A stretch of 62,718 nt of DNA, filler included, from Collodictyon triciliatum (Eukaryota), in NCBI GenBank assembly GCA_043381765.1. It is 8 parts of 8 records of this genome, joined end to end, with 100 filler letters (N's around TTAATTAATTAA, not from the genome) between each part and the next. Parts side by side here need not be neighbours in the genome. Positions count along the whole stretch, not along the records: positions 57,316 to 62,718 come from JBHJMP010003655.1; 7 more parts are not named here. One strand, 5' to 3'. Below are positions 62,541 to 62,718 of this stretch, in pieces. The notes under the pieces were generated by a model. The model was not told the origin of the DNA and made no database searches. It was given only the letters and a program-made list of their open reading frames with translations. Position 1 is the stretch's first letter. Every line of letters begins with the position of its first letter. Made by a program: the position numbers and the translations under genes.

Positions 62541-62718
62541 GTAAGTGGAGATGGTACACATATGATCTTAAATTGATTCTATGCACTCCTCTTTTGATTA
62601 AAGAAAAAGAAGAATTGGTATGCCATTTACAGAAATCGAATTTCACCACAAAAAAAAAACTGATTTGCTTGTTCTTTTTTTTTTTTTTTTTTAATATTTT
62701 TGATAAAAAATATTGAAT

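Overview
This is intron-rich, AT-rich genomic DNA from a eukaryotic microbe (protist), probably flagellated. It is not one locus. It is eight ~8.1 kb contigs, sorted by decreasing length and joined by an artificial 100-nt linker (44 N + TTAATTAATTAA + 44 N), so adjacency across linkers means nothing. Contents by contig: (1) a near-complete ROCO kinase gene, LRR-Roc-COR-kinase-(SAM-like)-LRR, whose N-terminal 69-bp LRR array has a hypervariable 21-nt block and whose LRR+cap exon module recurs after the kinase; (2) a Kelch/CUB receptor TKL kinase cut off mid-kinase by an intronless virus-like segment encoding a NUMOD4-HNH endonuclease; (3) DDHD phospholipase A1, BUD31 and a probable MCM5 last exon; (4) a LONRF-type RING/LON gene and a TPR gene made of seven consecutive 126-nt symmetric exons, one repeat each; (5) a DOCK-C/D (zizimin-like) gene whose DHR2 GEF domain appears replaced in frame by a PIP5K domain; (6) a two-domain cNMP-binding protein; (7) a large gene with an axonemal dynein light chain-like domain; (8) a decayed Fanzor1/TnpB-like nuclease back-to-back with a viral-type primase-polymerase/PriCT-2 gene, then a RhoGEF. 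All calls come from manual motif recognition and manual splicing. No database searches were run.
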